A stretch of 64,000 nucleotides of DNA, taken from IMG/VR virus record IMGVR_UViG_3300030433_002104, positions 32,001 through 96,000 of that record. One strand, 5' to 3'. The position numbers were made by a program, and so were the translations under genes. Source of the DNA: a virus (lineage: Duplodnaviria > Caudoviricetes). Below are positions 1 through 9,721 of this stretch, piece by piece (positions within the stretch are counted from its first letter, which is position 1; each line of letters opens with the position of its first letter). The notes below the pieces were generated by a model, which was not told where the DNA came from, searched no databases, and saw nothing but the letters and a program-made list of their open reading frames with translations.

Positions 1-228
1 GACGTATCTGATGGTGAGGCAGCCTATCTAACCAAGTCAGCGGTTGGCAGGCTCGGAGCAGATAGAAGCCGAGACTGTATAACCGTTGGCAAACTAATTG
101 AAGGAGAAGTTCACAAGGTTATGTGGATGGCTCCAGAATTAATTGAAGAACTAAACACTGTAGATAAACTTGAAGATTGCATACAAGAAGCGTTGATATA
201 TCATGGCAAAAGAGAGAACAGAGAATAG
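1..228 (+). CDS. hypothetical protein, 5'-truncated by window edge
   Basis: Frame 1 is open from base 1 (DVSDGEAAYLTKSAVGRLG...) to TAG at 226-228 and overlaps the next start. Confidence 0.6.
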   Translation, partial: DVSDGEAAYLTKSAVGRLGADRSRDCITVGKLIEGEVHKVMWMAPELIEELNTVDKLEDCIQEALIYHGKRENRE

Positions 229-655
229 TAAATATCTATCGCCTTCCACTGGAGAATACTGTACATGTGCTCAGTACATAGCTGAGATAATGTGTACACG
301 TATGGCACAGAAAGAAAACGAAGGCACTCAAGCATATAAGTTTTGGAACACTAAGAAGTGGAAAAAGACTTATTCTTATCAAATAATTTTAGCAAATAGA
401 TTGATTAAAAAATTTGACTGCTCGGCTGTAATCAAAGCTCTCAACTCAAACGAGCTTAAACACGTTTATTCTTTGGGCTATCCAAAGTTAGAGCAAGTAA
501 TTGTTAAATATCAAAAAATAATTGAGCAACAACAGGCAGATTCTACTACTATAAATATACAGGAAGAACCGAAGAAGAGATCGGCTTCCTTCGGTAAGAA
601 ATCTAGCTTGCAAAGATTGAGAGGACTAAATGGCAAAGAAGAAGAAGGCAAATAA
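203..655 (+). CDS. hypothetical phage protein (basic, 150 aa)
   Basis: ORF overlaps both neighbours; no recognisable family motif. Confidence 0.6.
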   Translation: MAKERTENSKYLSPSTGEYCTCAQYIAEIMCTRMAQKENEGTQAYKFWNTKKWKKTYSYQIILANRLIKKFDCSAVIKALNSNELKHVYSLGYPKLEQVIVKYQKIIEQQQADSTTINIQEEPKKRSASFGKKSSLQRLRGLNGKEEEGK

Positions 656-1733
656 ATTTACTGAAGATGTTGTTAGTAACTCTGTCATATCAACCTACGG
701 AGATGTAGTCCGTACTGGCACAGAAGTTCTAGACAACCTGAACAATCTCAAGGTCATAGGCGTATCACCAGCACTAGACATCGCTTTAGGTGGTGGACTG
801 AGAGAAGGCAGTTGTGTGGTAATGACTGGAGACCCTAAGAGTGGTAAGACTACTACTGCTCTTCATTTTGCCGCCAAGTGTCAGGCTCTCGGTAAAAAGA
901 TTATTTATGCGAACACAGAAGGTAGGCTTGCCAAGCAAAACTTTGAAGGCATCAAAGGCTTAGACCCAGATAAGATTCTGATCGTAGAGTCCACTGATGA
1001 TAGAGTTTTGTCAGCGGAAGACTTCCTGAACATCATAGAGTATTATATAAACAATGATCCTGAGTGTTTGATTATTGTTGACTCTATGTCTAACATGGTT
1101 CCTAAAGATGAGCTAGAGGGCGAGGTTAGAACTGGCGTAAGAAATGCCTTGCCGAGATTGCTGTCAATGTTCTTCAAGCGTATTGGTGGGTCTGTCACAA
1201 AGAACAAGACTATCATCATCTGCATTACTCACAACATTGCAAATACTAGCGGTAGCAGGTATGCGCCAATGAAAATGGCAGACTGCGGGAATATGTTACA
1301 GTATCAAGCTGGAACTAATATGATTATTACGCACCGTGGAAAATGGCAAGTTCCAGCACAGACTGGCCCGCACGTTGGTCAAATTGCAAACTGGAACATC
1401 AAGACTTCCAATGCAGGTGGTATTCCAAACTCAACTGCTGAGAGCTGGATTAGATATGGAATAGGCCTAGACGAAGTACAGGAAGTTGTACAGATTGCCT
1501 GTGAGTTTAGATTTATTAAGACAGCGGGAGCTTGGTATACAATACAGTGTGCGATTGAGGACAAAGAAAACCCTGTCATCGCTAAGCTACTAAAAGATAA
1601 TGAAGTGGGAGAAAAAGAAGAAGACATTGAAAGATTCTTCAAGTTTCAAGGTGTTAACAATCTGTCAGAATTTCTCAACGAACACCCACAGATTTGTGAT
1701 TTTATTTACGACCAAATCAAGGAGTTGTTTTGA
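630..1733 (+). CDS. recA: RecA/UvsX-family recombinase
   Basis: SPALDIALGGG, Walker A GDPKSGKTT, Walker B LIIVDS, C-terminal AGAWY motif. Confidence 0.92.
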   Translation: MAKKKKANKFTEDVVSNSVISTYGDVVRTGTEVLDNLNNLKVIGVSPALDIALGGGLREGSCVVMTGDPKSGKTTTALHFAAKCQALGKKIIYANTEGRLAKQNFEGIKGLDPDKILIVESTDDRVLSAEDFLNIIEYYINNDPECLIIVDSMSNMVPKDELEGEVRTGVRNALPRLLSMFFKRIGGSVTKNKTIIICITHNIANTSGSRYAPMKMADCGNMLQYQAGTNMIITHRGKWQVPAQTGPHVGQIANWNIKTSNAGGIPNSTAESWIRYGIGLDEVQEVVQIACEFRFIKTAGAWYTIQCAIEDKENPVIAKLLKDNEVGEKEEDIERFFKFQGVNNLSEFLNEHPQICDFIYDQIKELF

Positions 1734-2152
1734 AGGTAATTGGTCTAAACGGTAGAGAGTACAATCTCAATCTACAAAAATATGATGTTAAAGCTAACGA
1801 TAAACGCAAGCGTTCAAAGCACCACATGAGGGCTAGAAAACTTATTAAAGAGGTTTATCACAGCTACAGAGTTTTGGAAGAGGTTAAACTGCCGGGAAGT
1901 ACCTCTACACATAAGCGATCCGTATTATATTTAGATTTTTTTATACCTAACATACGGAAAGCTGTAGAGGTGCACGGTAGACAGCATTATGAATACACAC
2001 CATTCTTCCATAAGAGCAAAGCTGATTTCATACTAGCGAAAGCTAGAGACGAAGATAAGATTGAGTGGTGCGAACTTAACAATATTGAAATAGTAACATT
2101 AAAATATTCTGGGAGTGATGATGAGTGGAGAAAATCAATTAAAGGCATCTGA
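1730..2152 (+). CDS. Vsr/DUF559-like PD-(D/E)XK endonuclease
   Basis: YLDFFIP...AVEVHGRQH...RDEDKIEWC pattern typical of Vsr-like nucleases. Confidence 0.7.
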   Translation: MKVIGLNGREYNLNLQKYDVKANDKRKRSKHHMRARKLIKEVYHSYRVLEEVKLPGSTSTHKRSVLYLDFFIPNIRKAVEVHGRQHYEYTPFFHKSKADFILAKARDEDKIEWCELNNIEIVTLKYSGSDDEWRKSIKGI

Positions 2153-2597
2153 TAGATTAGCCGACCATATAAAGTCTATTGAAGAATACATCAATCTTAC
2201 CAATGTATCTTACGCCACATTTAATGTAGAGTACATTGTCGCGTCTAATTTAACAAAAGAAGACATGGGTAAAATGACAACCCAAGAAATGTTTGACACG
2301 GCATATTTGTTGTATGGATATTCGACTTACATACAAGACGAAATTAACAAAAACAAAGTTGCATTGAATTGGTGTGAAGACCAGATCGAGAAACTTGTAG
2401 CGGCCAACCTAAACAACTTTGACCAGTATACAAAACATGATGTTAAGAGGCAGATTATTATTAAAGAAAATAGTTACGCTGCAAGTGTAGACTCCATGAG
2501 GGCTGTCGCAGAAGCGCGACTTCAGTGCTTAGAAGGAAAAGTCTACGAACTTAAAAGACAAGGAGACATCCTACTAGAAAGAGGTAAAAGACTATGA
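2115..2597 (+). CDS. helical protein, possible UvsY-like recombination mediator
   Basis: About 160 aa, coiled-coil character, two genes downstream of recA; assignment rests on size, character and context only. Confidence 0.4.
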   Translation: MMMSGENQLKASDRLADHIKSIEEYINLTNVSYATFNVEYIVASNLTKEDMGKMTTQEMFDTAYLLYGYSTYIQDEINKNKVALNWCEDQIEKLVAANLNNFDQYTKHDVKRQIIIKENSYAASVDSMRAVAEARLQCLEGKVYELKRQGDILLERGKRL

Positions 2598-2947
2598 ATC
2601 CAGAAGACATGAGTATAGAGGAACTTGAGGCTTTACTTGCTAAGAAAAAACAAAAGCCAGAAGAACCACAGGAAGAGATTAAAGAGGTAGGTAGTGACTT
2701 CTACGTCTCGATAAAAAACGAAAATCCTGACAGTAGAAAAAGACCTGTGAGAGGTGGTGAAAACACTTGGACTGACACTGGAGAACACAGAGATGTTGAA
2801 ACTCCAGATGTTGAGCTGACACCTAGAAATAGACCACCTTCTACCAAAGTAGAGAAGAGATGCCACATATGTGGTAAGAGCTTCAAGATTGACCCTTCAC
2901 TAATAAGTGGAGAATATATGAGATGTAATACCTGCACAGGAAGATAA
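2594..2947 (+). CDS. hypothetical protein with C-terminal zinc ribbon
   Basis: CHIC...CNTC at the C-terminus. Confidence 0.6.
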   Translation: MNPEDMSIEELEALLAKKKQKPEEPQEEIKEVGSDFYVSIKNENPDSRKRPVRGGENTWTDTGEHRDVETPDVELTPRNRPPSTKVEKRCHICGKSFKIDPSLISGEYMRCNTCTGR

Positions 2948-2949
2948 AC

Positions 2950-4440
2950 ATGGATTATAATTTGACAGATATTGGAGCTGAAAGGGCAGTGCTTGCTGGA
3001 CTTTTCCAATACGGTATTGATGCCTATGTTGAAGTTGCAGATATAGTTACGGCATCGTCCTTCGGACACGACAATAATCAGATTCTTTATAGTTGCGTAC
3101 AGCATGTAATAGAGAATAATTCCGAGGTAGATCTGCCGTCAATACTTTCCGCAGCCTCAGTGCTAAAGCACTCAGAAAGAATTGAAAACGATACAGAGCT
3201 ACAGTACATAAGATCACTGTTTGATTTTCCAGTTAATCAGGGTAATGTATTTAACTTTGCCGTACAGGTTAAGAAGTTTGAGTTCGCTAGGAATATCAAA
3301 AAACTGACAATGAAAATTCACAAGGACATGGATTCTGTGAATGGAACAGAGTCTATTGATGAGATCATTGGAAGAATAGAAGATCCAGTGATGGACTTCT
3401 TGAGAGAAGACGATGGTGGCGAAAGACCAGAAAAGATTGGTAAGGATGTAGATGAATACCTTGAATTTATCACTGAGAACAAGTGCGATGTAATTGGAAT
3501 ACCTTCTGGTTTTGATAGGTTTGATCATGCTATTGGCGGTGGCTTGAGACGTAAGTGCGTAGACTTAGTTGCGGCCAGACCAAAGGTTGGTAAGAGCGTA
3601 TTTGCTGACAACGTAGCACTTAACGTTGCCTCTGACGGCGTTCCGGTCTTAGTCTTAGATACTGAAATGTCTAAGGAAGATCACCTGAATAGAATTATAG
3701 CCAATCTTAGTGGTGTGCCAATTCAAGACGTAGCTACTGGTAAGTTTGTAGATGACGATGAGCAAAATCAACGTGTACATGAAGCAGTGGAACACATTTC
3801 AAATATACCGTATAATTATGTAAGTGTAGCTGGAAAACCATTTGAGCAAATACTCAACATTATTAAGAGATGGATTATCCAAGATGTAAAGATGGATGAG
3901 AACGGCAGGACAAATGACTGTGTTGTAGTCTACGATTATTTGAAGCTCATGTCGTCTAGCTCAATAACAAATAACATCCAAGAATACCAAGCGTTAGGCT
4001 TCCAGATTACGAATTTACACAACTTGGCAGTAAAGTTTGATTTCCCCTGTCTGTCGTTTGTTCAGCTAAACAGAGACGGAATCACTAAGGAATCAACAGA
4101 CGCTGTAAGTGGATCTGACAGGCTTATATGGCTGTGTACTTCTTTCTCCATATTCAAATCAAAGTCGCCAGAGGAGCTTGCTGAGGATGGCCCACAGGCC
4201 GGCAATAGAAAACTTGTACCCATCGTGTCAAGACATGGAGCTGGATTAAGCGATGGTGACTACATAAATATGAGGATGCTTGGAGAACACGCAAAGTTAG
4301 TAGAGCTAAAGACAAGAAATGAATTCAAATCACAACCTGTTGGTGACACTGGATTAATTGACGCAGAAGGTTTAGAAAAGGTAAACGAAGATGTCGAAGA
4401 AGATGGACTTGAAGAAGATCAAAAAGCTCCTTGGGAATAA
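2950..4440 (+). CDS. dnaB: replicative DNA helicase (DnaB family)
   Basis: N-terminal AERAVLAGL, Walker A AARPKVGKS, DTEMS, VVYDYL, QLNR motifs. Confidence 0.93.
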   Translation: MDYNLTDIGAERAVLAGLFQYGIDAYVEVADIVTASSFGHDNNQILYSCVQHVIENNSEVDLPSILSAASVLKHSERIENDTELQYIRSLFDFPVNQGNVFNFAVQVKKFEFARNIKKLTMKIHKDMDSVNGTESIDEIIGRIEDPVMDFLREDDGGERPEKIGKDVDEYLEFITENKCDVIGIPSGFDRFDHAIGGGLRRKCVDLVAARPKVGKSVFADNVALNVASDGVPVLVLDTEMSKEDHLNRIIANLSGVPIQDVATGKFVDDDEQNQRVHEAVEHISNIPYNYVSVAGKPFEQILNIIKRWIIQDVKMDENGRTNDCVVVYDYLKLMSSSSITNNIQEYQALGFQITNLHNLAVKFDFPCLSFVQLNRDGITKESTDAVSGSDRLIWLCTSFSIFKSKSPEELAEDGPQAGNRKLVPIVSRHGAGLSDGDYINMRMLGEHAKLVELKTRNEFKSQPVGDTGLIDAEGLEKVNEDVEEDGLEEDQKAPWE

Positions 4441-5419
4441 TATCGAAGTATTATTATCTGAGCTTGATGTTGACTTTGAAAAGAATGGCGAAAACATTAC
4501 CTGCGCATGTCCTGTTCACGGTGGTGATAACGCTAACGGATTCTCCTATTCAACACATAAGAATATATGGAGTTGTTGGTCTCGTAGATGTCAGGATGAT
4601 TTCTCAAATGATGTTATTGGACTAATACAAGGTATACTATCCAAAGAAGAGGAAGAAGATGTTGGGTTTAGCAAGGCTCTAACTTGGGCCTGCAAAATTC
4701 TAAATATTGACAATAGCTCAATTAATGTCGATAAGAAGACAGACGAGCAAGAAGATGGCTTTGTCAAAATGGTTAATATGTTTTCAAAGAAGATTGAAGG
4801 AAAAGACGATATACATGTCACGATAGATTGCGATATATCACACCCTTCAAAGTACTTCTACCAGAGAGGATTTGAAGACGACACACTTCTTCACTTTGAG
4901 GTTGGAGATTGTAATCAGAAAAAATCTTCAATGGTACAAAGAGCTATCATACCAATTCACAACCTAAGTGGTGATAAAGTTGTGGCATACATAGGTAGAT
5001 CTACTAAGGATTATATCAACCCTAAATTTTTGTTTACCAGAGGGTTTAACAAGAGGCAGTACTTATATAACTACCACAGAGCAATAGACAAGGCACAGGA
5101 GACATCTACTCTCTTTTTAACAGAAGGGCAAGGTGATGTTTGGAAACTTTATGAAGCTGGCGTTAAGAACGCTGTTGGGATATTCGGTAAATCAATAAGT
5201 CCAGAGCAGAAGAAGATACTTGAATCCAGCGGAGTAACTAGACTAATAGTTTTGACTGATAACGATCAGGCAGGAAGAGAATCAAAGATGCAGATACAAA
5301 GACAGATGAGTAGGATGTTTAAGGTAATTTTCCCACGCATGTCAAGAAAAGATGTAGGCGATATGACTACAGCTCAAATCAAAGATACTATCTTGCCAGA
5401 ATTGAAAGGTATGTATTAA
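4391..5419 (+). CDS. dnaG: DNA primase (CHC2 zinc finger + TOPRIM)
   Basis: CPVH...CWSRRC zinc finger, IIPIHN, GRS, TEGQGD and DNDQAG TOPRIM motifs. Confidence 0.9.
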   Translation: MSKKMDLKKIKKLLGNNIEVLLSELDVDFEKNGENITCACPVHGGDNANGFSYSTHKNIWSCWSRRCQDDFSNDVIGLIQGILSKEEEEDVGFSKALTWACKILNIDNSSINVDKKTDEQEDGFVKMVNMFSKKIEGKDDIHVTIDCDISHPSKYFYQRGFEDDTLLHFEVGDCNQKKSSMVQRAIIPIHNLSGDKVVAYIGRSTKDYINPKFLFTRGFNKRQYLYNYHRAIDKAQETSTLFLTEGQGDVWKLYEAGVKNAVGIFGKSISPEQKKILESSGVTRLIVLTDNDQAGRESKMQIQRQMSRMFKVIFPRMSRKDVGDMTTAQIKDTILPELKGMY

Positions 5420-6165
5420 TGAATATAATAGGAATATCTGGGAAAAAACAAGCGGGCAAGAACACAGCCGCCAACTACATTCATGGGCTTGTACTCAAGC
5501 AGTTGGGGATTATTGAAGACTTTGAGATTGATGGCAAAGGTCAGCTCGTCATTAAGACTTCTGTAGATGGTGATAGTGAATATGGCCTGTTAGACATAGC
5601 AAGAAGAGATGATGCTTTCGTTCAATACGCTAACCACAACATGTGGCCTCATGTAAAACTTTATAGCTTTGCCGATGGACTTAAGCAGTTGTGTATGGAA
5701 TTCTTTGGGCTATCTCATAGCCAAGTATATGGAACAGATGCAGACAAGAATACCAAGACCAAGATTATGTGGGAAGATATACCAACTTGGCAAAACAGCA
5801 GCCTAAATACTAACAGGGGAGCGATGACATCCAGAGAGCTCCTGCAATACTTCGGCACTGATGTAATGAGAAAAATGTACAACAACGTATGGGTAGATCA
5901 CGCTATTTCAACTATAAGGACTGAACAAAGCAGTCTGGCAATCATAGCTGATGTTAGATTCCCTAATGAGGTTGATGCTATAAGAAACGCTGGAGGTAAA
6001 GTAATTAGGCTTACCAGAAAGTTTCAGAGCGACTCACACTCTAGCGAAAACGCACTAGATGAAGACAACTACGACTGGGATAATTTTGATTATGTTATCA
6101 AGAACTCAAGCCCAGATATTCTCTTTAAAGAGATAAGAAATGTTTATAAAGAATTGGAGTTATAA
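5419..6165 (+). CDS. deoxynucleoside monophosphate kinase (T4 gp1-like)
   Basis: GISGKKQAGKNT P-loop, SFADGLK, RELLQYFGTD, IIADVRFPNE, HSSE motifs. Confidence 0.88.
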   Translation: MNIIGISGKKQAGKNTAANYIHGLVLKQLGIIEDFEIDGKGQLVIKTSVDGDSEYGLLDIARRDDAFVQYANHNMWPHVKLYSFADGLKQLCMEFFGLSHSQVYGTDADKNTKTKIMWEDIPTWQNSSLNTNRGAMTSRELLQYFGTDVMRKMYNNVWVDHAISTIRTEQSSLAIIADVRFPNEVDAIRNAGGKVIRLTRKFQSDSHSSENALDEDNYDWDNFDYVIKNSSPDILFKEIRNVYKELEL

Positions 6166-7178
6166 TGTTAGTAACGTATATTAGAAGTTCTAGCTTTAAC
6201 AACTACTCATACTGTCAGATGCAGTATTTCATCACCTACGTTCTGGGGCATCAGTCCGTGTCAGGTAAGAAAGCTCAGCTTGGTACTGTAGTTCATAAGG
6301 TTATGGAAGTACTCGCAGGCTGTCAGCATTTACAGCAAGACAATAAAAAGATGCTTCTCGCAGATGATGCTCTTGGCGACATCAAGTTTACACGTAAAAA
6401 ACTCAAGAGCGAGGACTTTGTAGAAGACATTCTTAAGCAAAGCTACGATTGGTATACCAGTAACTGTACTCATAAGTATACAAAATCTGATTACAAGTTT
6501 TGTCAGGATCTTACTAAGGAAGCTATCACTTACAACAACGGCTTGTTCGACCCTAGAAACAGGAAGATTGTTGCGGCAGAACCTCACTTTGACATAGAGA
6601 TCGAAGAGGACTGGGCAAAGTACGATTATGAAATGCCAGACGGACAAAAGATTACTGGAAATTTGGCAATAAAAGGGACGATAGACCTTGTAACTGAGGT
6701 AGAAGATGGTATAATCGAGGTAGTTGACTGGAAGACTGGGAGAAGAATTGACTGGGCGACTGGAGAAGAGAAGACATACGAGAAGTTATGTTCAGACCCC
6801 CAATTATTACTATATAATTATGCAATATCCAAGTTATTTCCTGACTATGAGCAGGCAATTATGACGATATTCTTTATTAGAGATGGCGGCCCGTTCTCAA
6901 TGTGCTTTGATAAGAAAGATCAAGAGAAATTTTTAGAGATGCTAAAGCTAAGATTTCAGCAGATTAGTAGGAATCAGGAGCCTAAACCTATGTCTTACTC
7001 AAGAAACCATTGGAAGTGCAACAAGCTATGCCACTTCTACAAGAACAACTGGGAAGGCACAGACCAAAATATGTGTATACATATAGAGGAGCACCTTAAA
7101 AAACACGGAATGGACGAAACCGTGAAAAAGTGTACTGCCAAAGGATTTAGCGTGGGCCACTATGAGGCTCCCGGATAA
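6165..7178 (+). CDS. PD-(D/E)XK exonuclease, Cas4/AddB-like, probable Fe-S cluster
   Basis: N-terminal Cys, GTVVHKVME, GTIDLV, VVDWKTG, QLLLY, C-terminal CNKLCHF...C. Confidence 0.85.
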   Translation: MLVTYIRSSSFNNYSYCQMQYFITYVLGHQSVSGKKAQLGTVVHKVMEVLAGCQHLQQDNKKMLLADDALGDIKFTRKKLKSEDFVEDILKQSYDWYTSNCTHKYTKSDYKFCQDLTKEAITYNNGLFDPRNRKIVAAEPHFDIEIEEDWAKYDYEMPDGQKITGNLAIKGTIDLVTEVEDGIIEVVDWKTGRRIDWATGEEKTYEKLCSDPQLLLYNYAISKLFPDYEQAIMTIFFIRDGGPFSMCFDKKDQEKFLEMLKLRFQQISRNQEPKPMSYSRNHWKCNKLCHFYKNNWEGTDQNMCIHIEEHLKKHGMDETVKKCTAKGFSVGHYEAPG

Positions 7179-7188
7179 GGAAAATACT

Positions 7189-7686
7189 ATGATTCAAGTA
7201 GAAATCACAGAGGAAATGAAGAAAAGAGCATGGGCCAAATCCCGTGAAATGGGAGTTATAAAAAACTCTATCATGAAGGGTGATGGCAACATAGCTGGCT
7301 TTATAGGAGAAGAGGTAGCCAACGTAGTTATTGAAGGCAATATAAGCAATACTTATGACTACGACATTGTAGATAAAAACGACATCAAGTACGATGTTAA
7401 AACAAAAAGATGCACCTCAGAACCAAAGCCGTACTATGATTGCTCAGTTGCTAATTTTAATACAAAGCAACAATGTGACAGATATGTTTTTGTAAGAGTA
7501 GAAAACAAAAATAGAAGATGGGGAAGGGCTTGGGTTCTTGGTTGGCTCGGGCACGACGAATATTTTGAAAAGTCCCGACATTTAAAGAAGGGGCAGATAG
7601 ACCCCTCAAATAATTTTGTTGTACGAGCAGATTGTCACAATGTTGCAATTTCAGAACTCAACAAATTTAGGAGATCAAAATGTTAG
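7189..7686 (+). CDS. putative PD-(D/E)XK restriction-endonuclease-like protein
   Basis: GFIGEE...YDYDIV...YDVKTK; ATG 7189 follows AAGGA (ORF track start 7162). Confidence 0.6.
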   Translation: MIQVEITEEMKKRAWAKSREMGVIKNSIMKGDGNIAGFIGEEVANVVIEGNISNTYDYDIVDKNDIKYDVKTKRCTSEPKPYYDCSVANFNTKQQCDRYVFVRVENKNRRWGRAWVLGWLGHDEYFEKSRHLKKGQIDPSNNFVVRADCHNVAISELNKFRRSKC

Positions 7687-8939
7687 ACTTCATATACGAT
7701 AGAAGAAATTTTTTGCGAGTAGGGAGTATTGGCGCTGGATTAAGTGCCGTTGGGTTATCTGATTACGCCTTAGCTCAAGATGCTCTGTCGTATGAAGATA
7801 AAGCCGTTGTTTGGGTGTGGCTTGGAGGAGGGCCAACTCAGTTTGAAACATTCCACGCCCCTAACGATACAGTTCCAACTGAATGGCAACCAATCAATGG
7901 AGCTATTCATGATCCAAAAACAAATATCACTCTTGGCGCTGACTGGACAGAGCTAGCTAAACACACAAGCAAGCTAAATGTTGTCAACTCTTTTAGCCAT
8001 AAAGATTCATCTCATAGACAAGGTACTCACTTCATGATGACTGGGCACTACAACCCAGAAAGAACAACAACATCTATAGCTAAGTATCCATCTTTTGGTT
8101 CTATTGTTTCCGCTGTTTATGGCACGAATCACCCCCAGAATGGAGTGCCAACATATGTCAAACAAGGTAAAATAGAAGGTGATGAAGGCGCTTGGCTTGG
8201 TGGAGCATACAAGCCTTTCGATCCATCAAATAAAGACAACCTTACACCAAGAATTGAAATCGACAGATTTAGCAATAGAAAACAACTCTTGGGAGCTATA
8301 GGCTCAGCGGCCAAAGATATATCTGGAGCAGGCGCTGAATCAGTTGGGTTTTACAAAGGTCAGGCTTATGATGTTATTCTTGGCTCAGCCAAAGATGCGT
8401 TCGCAACAGACAAAGAAACGGAACAAACTAAAGCTTTGTATGGGTCAGAAAAAGCGAATGATATTGGCGAACAAATGTTGCTAGCTCGTCGTCTTGTGGA
8501 GCATGGCACAAGATTTGTCACTCTTCATTATGGCGGATGGGACATGCATAGCAATATTTCAGACGCACTTAAGAAAAGGGTGTCTCCAATCGACAAGGCT
8601 ATCGCAGGATTCCTAGAAGACCTAGATCAACGAGGGCTAAGTAATAAAGTATTGCTCGTGGTAACTGGAGAGTTTGGGAGAACAAAGATTAACGCCAACG
8701 CTGGCAGAGACCACTGGCCTGCAATTACGCCAATGATGATGGCTGGTGGAGATTATCAAACTGGCAGAACTATCGGTGCATCTGACAGATCTTATAGCCC
8801 AGTTGAAAATCCTGTAGGCCCACTTGACTTACAGGCAACACTGTTTGACCACTTTGGGATAGAAAAGGGAATTCAACGCGTGGACAACGGCGGTCGCCCA
8901 AGATATTTATTAGAAGGAGAAGCTAAGGTAATATTATAA
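7680..8939 (+). CDS. DUF1501 family protein with Tat signal
   Basis: RRNFLRVG twin-arginine signal, WLGGGPTQFETF, LLARRLVEHG, GGWDMH, GEFGRT, GRDHWP. Confidence 0.88.
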   Translation: MLDFIYDRRNFLRVGSIGAGLSAVGLSDYALAQDALSYEDKAVVWVWLGGGPTQFETFHAPNDTVPTEWQPINGAIHDPKTNITLGADWTELAKHTSKLNVVNSFSHKDSSHRQGTHFMMTGHYNPERTTTSIAKYPSFGSIVSAVYGTNHPQNGVPTYVKQGKIEGDEGAWLGGAYKPFDPSNKDNLTPRIEIDRFSNRKQLLGAIGSAAKDISGAGAESVGFYKGQAYDVILGSAKDAFATDKETEQTKALYGSEKANDIGEQMLLARRLVEHGTRFVTLHYGGWDMHSNISDALKKRVSPIDKAIAGFLEDLDQRGLSNKVLLVVTGEFGRTKINANAGRDHWPAITPMMMAGGDYQTGRTIGASDRSYSPVENPVGPLDLQATLFDHFGIEKGIQRVDNGGRPRYLLEGEAKVIL

Positions 8940-9721
8940 TGGATGAACACACCAAAGTCTGCATAGTGGGAAAATCTAGTAGTCTTTCGGGTAAAAAACT
9001 AGGAAGTGTAATAGACTCTCATGACTTAATAACTAGGATAAATTTCAAGAACAGTCATGACCACGATGAGTCGTTATATACGCAAGACATTGGTGAAAGG
9101 ACACACCATATAGTTGCACACCCAAAAGTAGTTAGACATTATGTTAACAACGCTGTAGATGATCTAATCAAAAACTTGAAATCTATTGAAGATTCTGAAT
9201 ATGGAAAGAAGATTTTCATTATCACATACAGCAAGGAATTTTGGGATGTTGATGGGGACTATCCGCCTAAACCTTATCGGCTTCCAAAAGATCCACCAAA
9301 TATATTTACAAAAAAGGAAAAAGACCGATGCATTAGAGATTTTTGGGGTATGTGCTGGGACTTAGGAGTAGTTATTGAAAAATGTTACTACTCAGAAATG
9401 ACAAGAAACATACATGACATGATGGCTTACTTTTATGATAAACCTCTTGGCCATCCTCATGGATTATTCACCGGGACTGCAACAGTACTAGACTACACAA
9501 AAAAATACAAGAATATTAGTATAGCAGGACTGGGGAATGAATCAACATATTCACACGATAAAATAAATTTCAGAAAAGACAAAAACAGATATTACGGAAA
9601 GACTAGACCTCTAGCGGCAAACATAAGGCTGGAGTACGATCAGTTTTTTATCAGGCAGGCTATCAAGTCTGGAAGAATCAATAGGTTAGATGATGAAAAT
9701 TGTAATACCATTCAAGTTTGA
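8939..9721 (+). CDS. GT29 sialyltransferase-like protein
   Basis: Sialylmotif L-like CIVGKSSSLSGKKLGSVIDSHDLITRIN...YTQDIGERT, S-like FTGTATV...ISIAGLG, motif III-like RYY. Confidence 0.72.
   Translation: MDEHTKVCIVGKSSSLSGKKLGSVIDSHDLITRINFKNSHDHDESLYTQDIGERTHHIVAHPKVVRHYVNNAVDDLIKNLKSIEDSEYGKKIFIITYSKEFWDVDGDYPPKPYRLPKDPPNIFTKKEKDRCIRDFWGMCWDLGVVIEKCYYSEMTRNIHDMMAYFYDKPLGHPHGLFTGTATVLDYTKKYKNISIAGLGNESTYSHDKINFRKDKNRYYGKTRPLAANIRLEYDQFFIRQAIKSGRINRLDDENCNTIQV

Noticed and set aside
6165-7178. Cas4-like nuclease as evidence of a CRISPR-Cas system
   Set aside because: No cas1/cas2 or effector genes and no repeat-spacer array; intergenic gaps are under ~100 nt. Solo Cas4-like exonucleases are common in phage replication modules.
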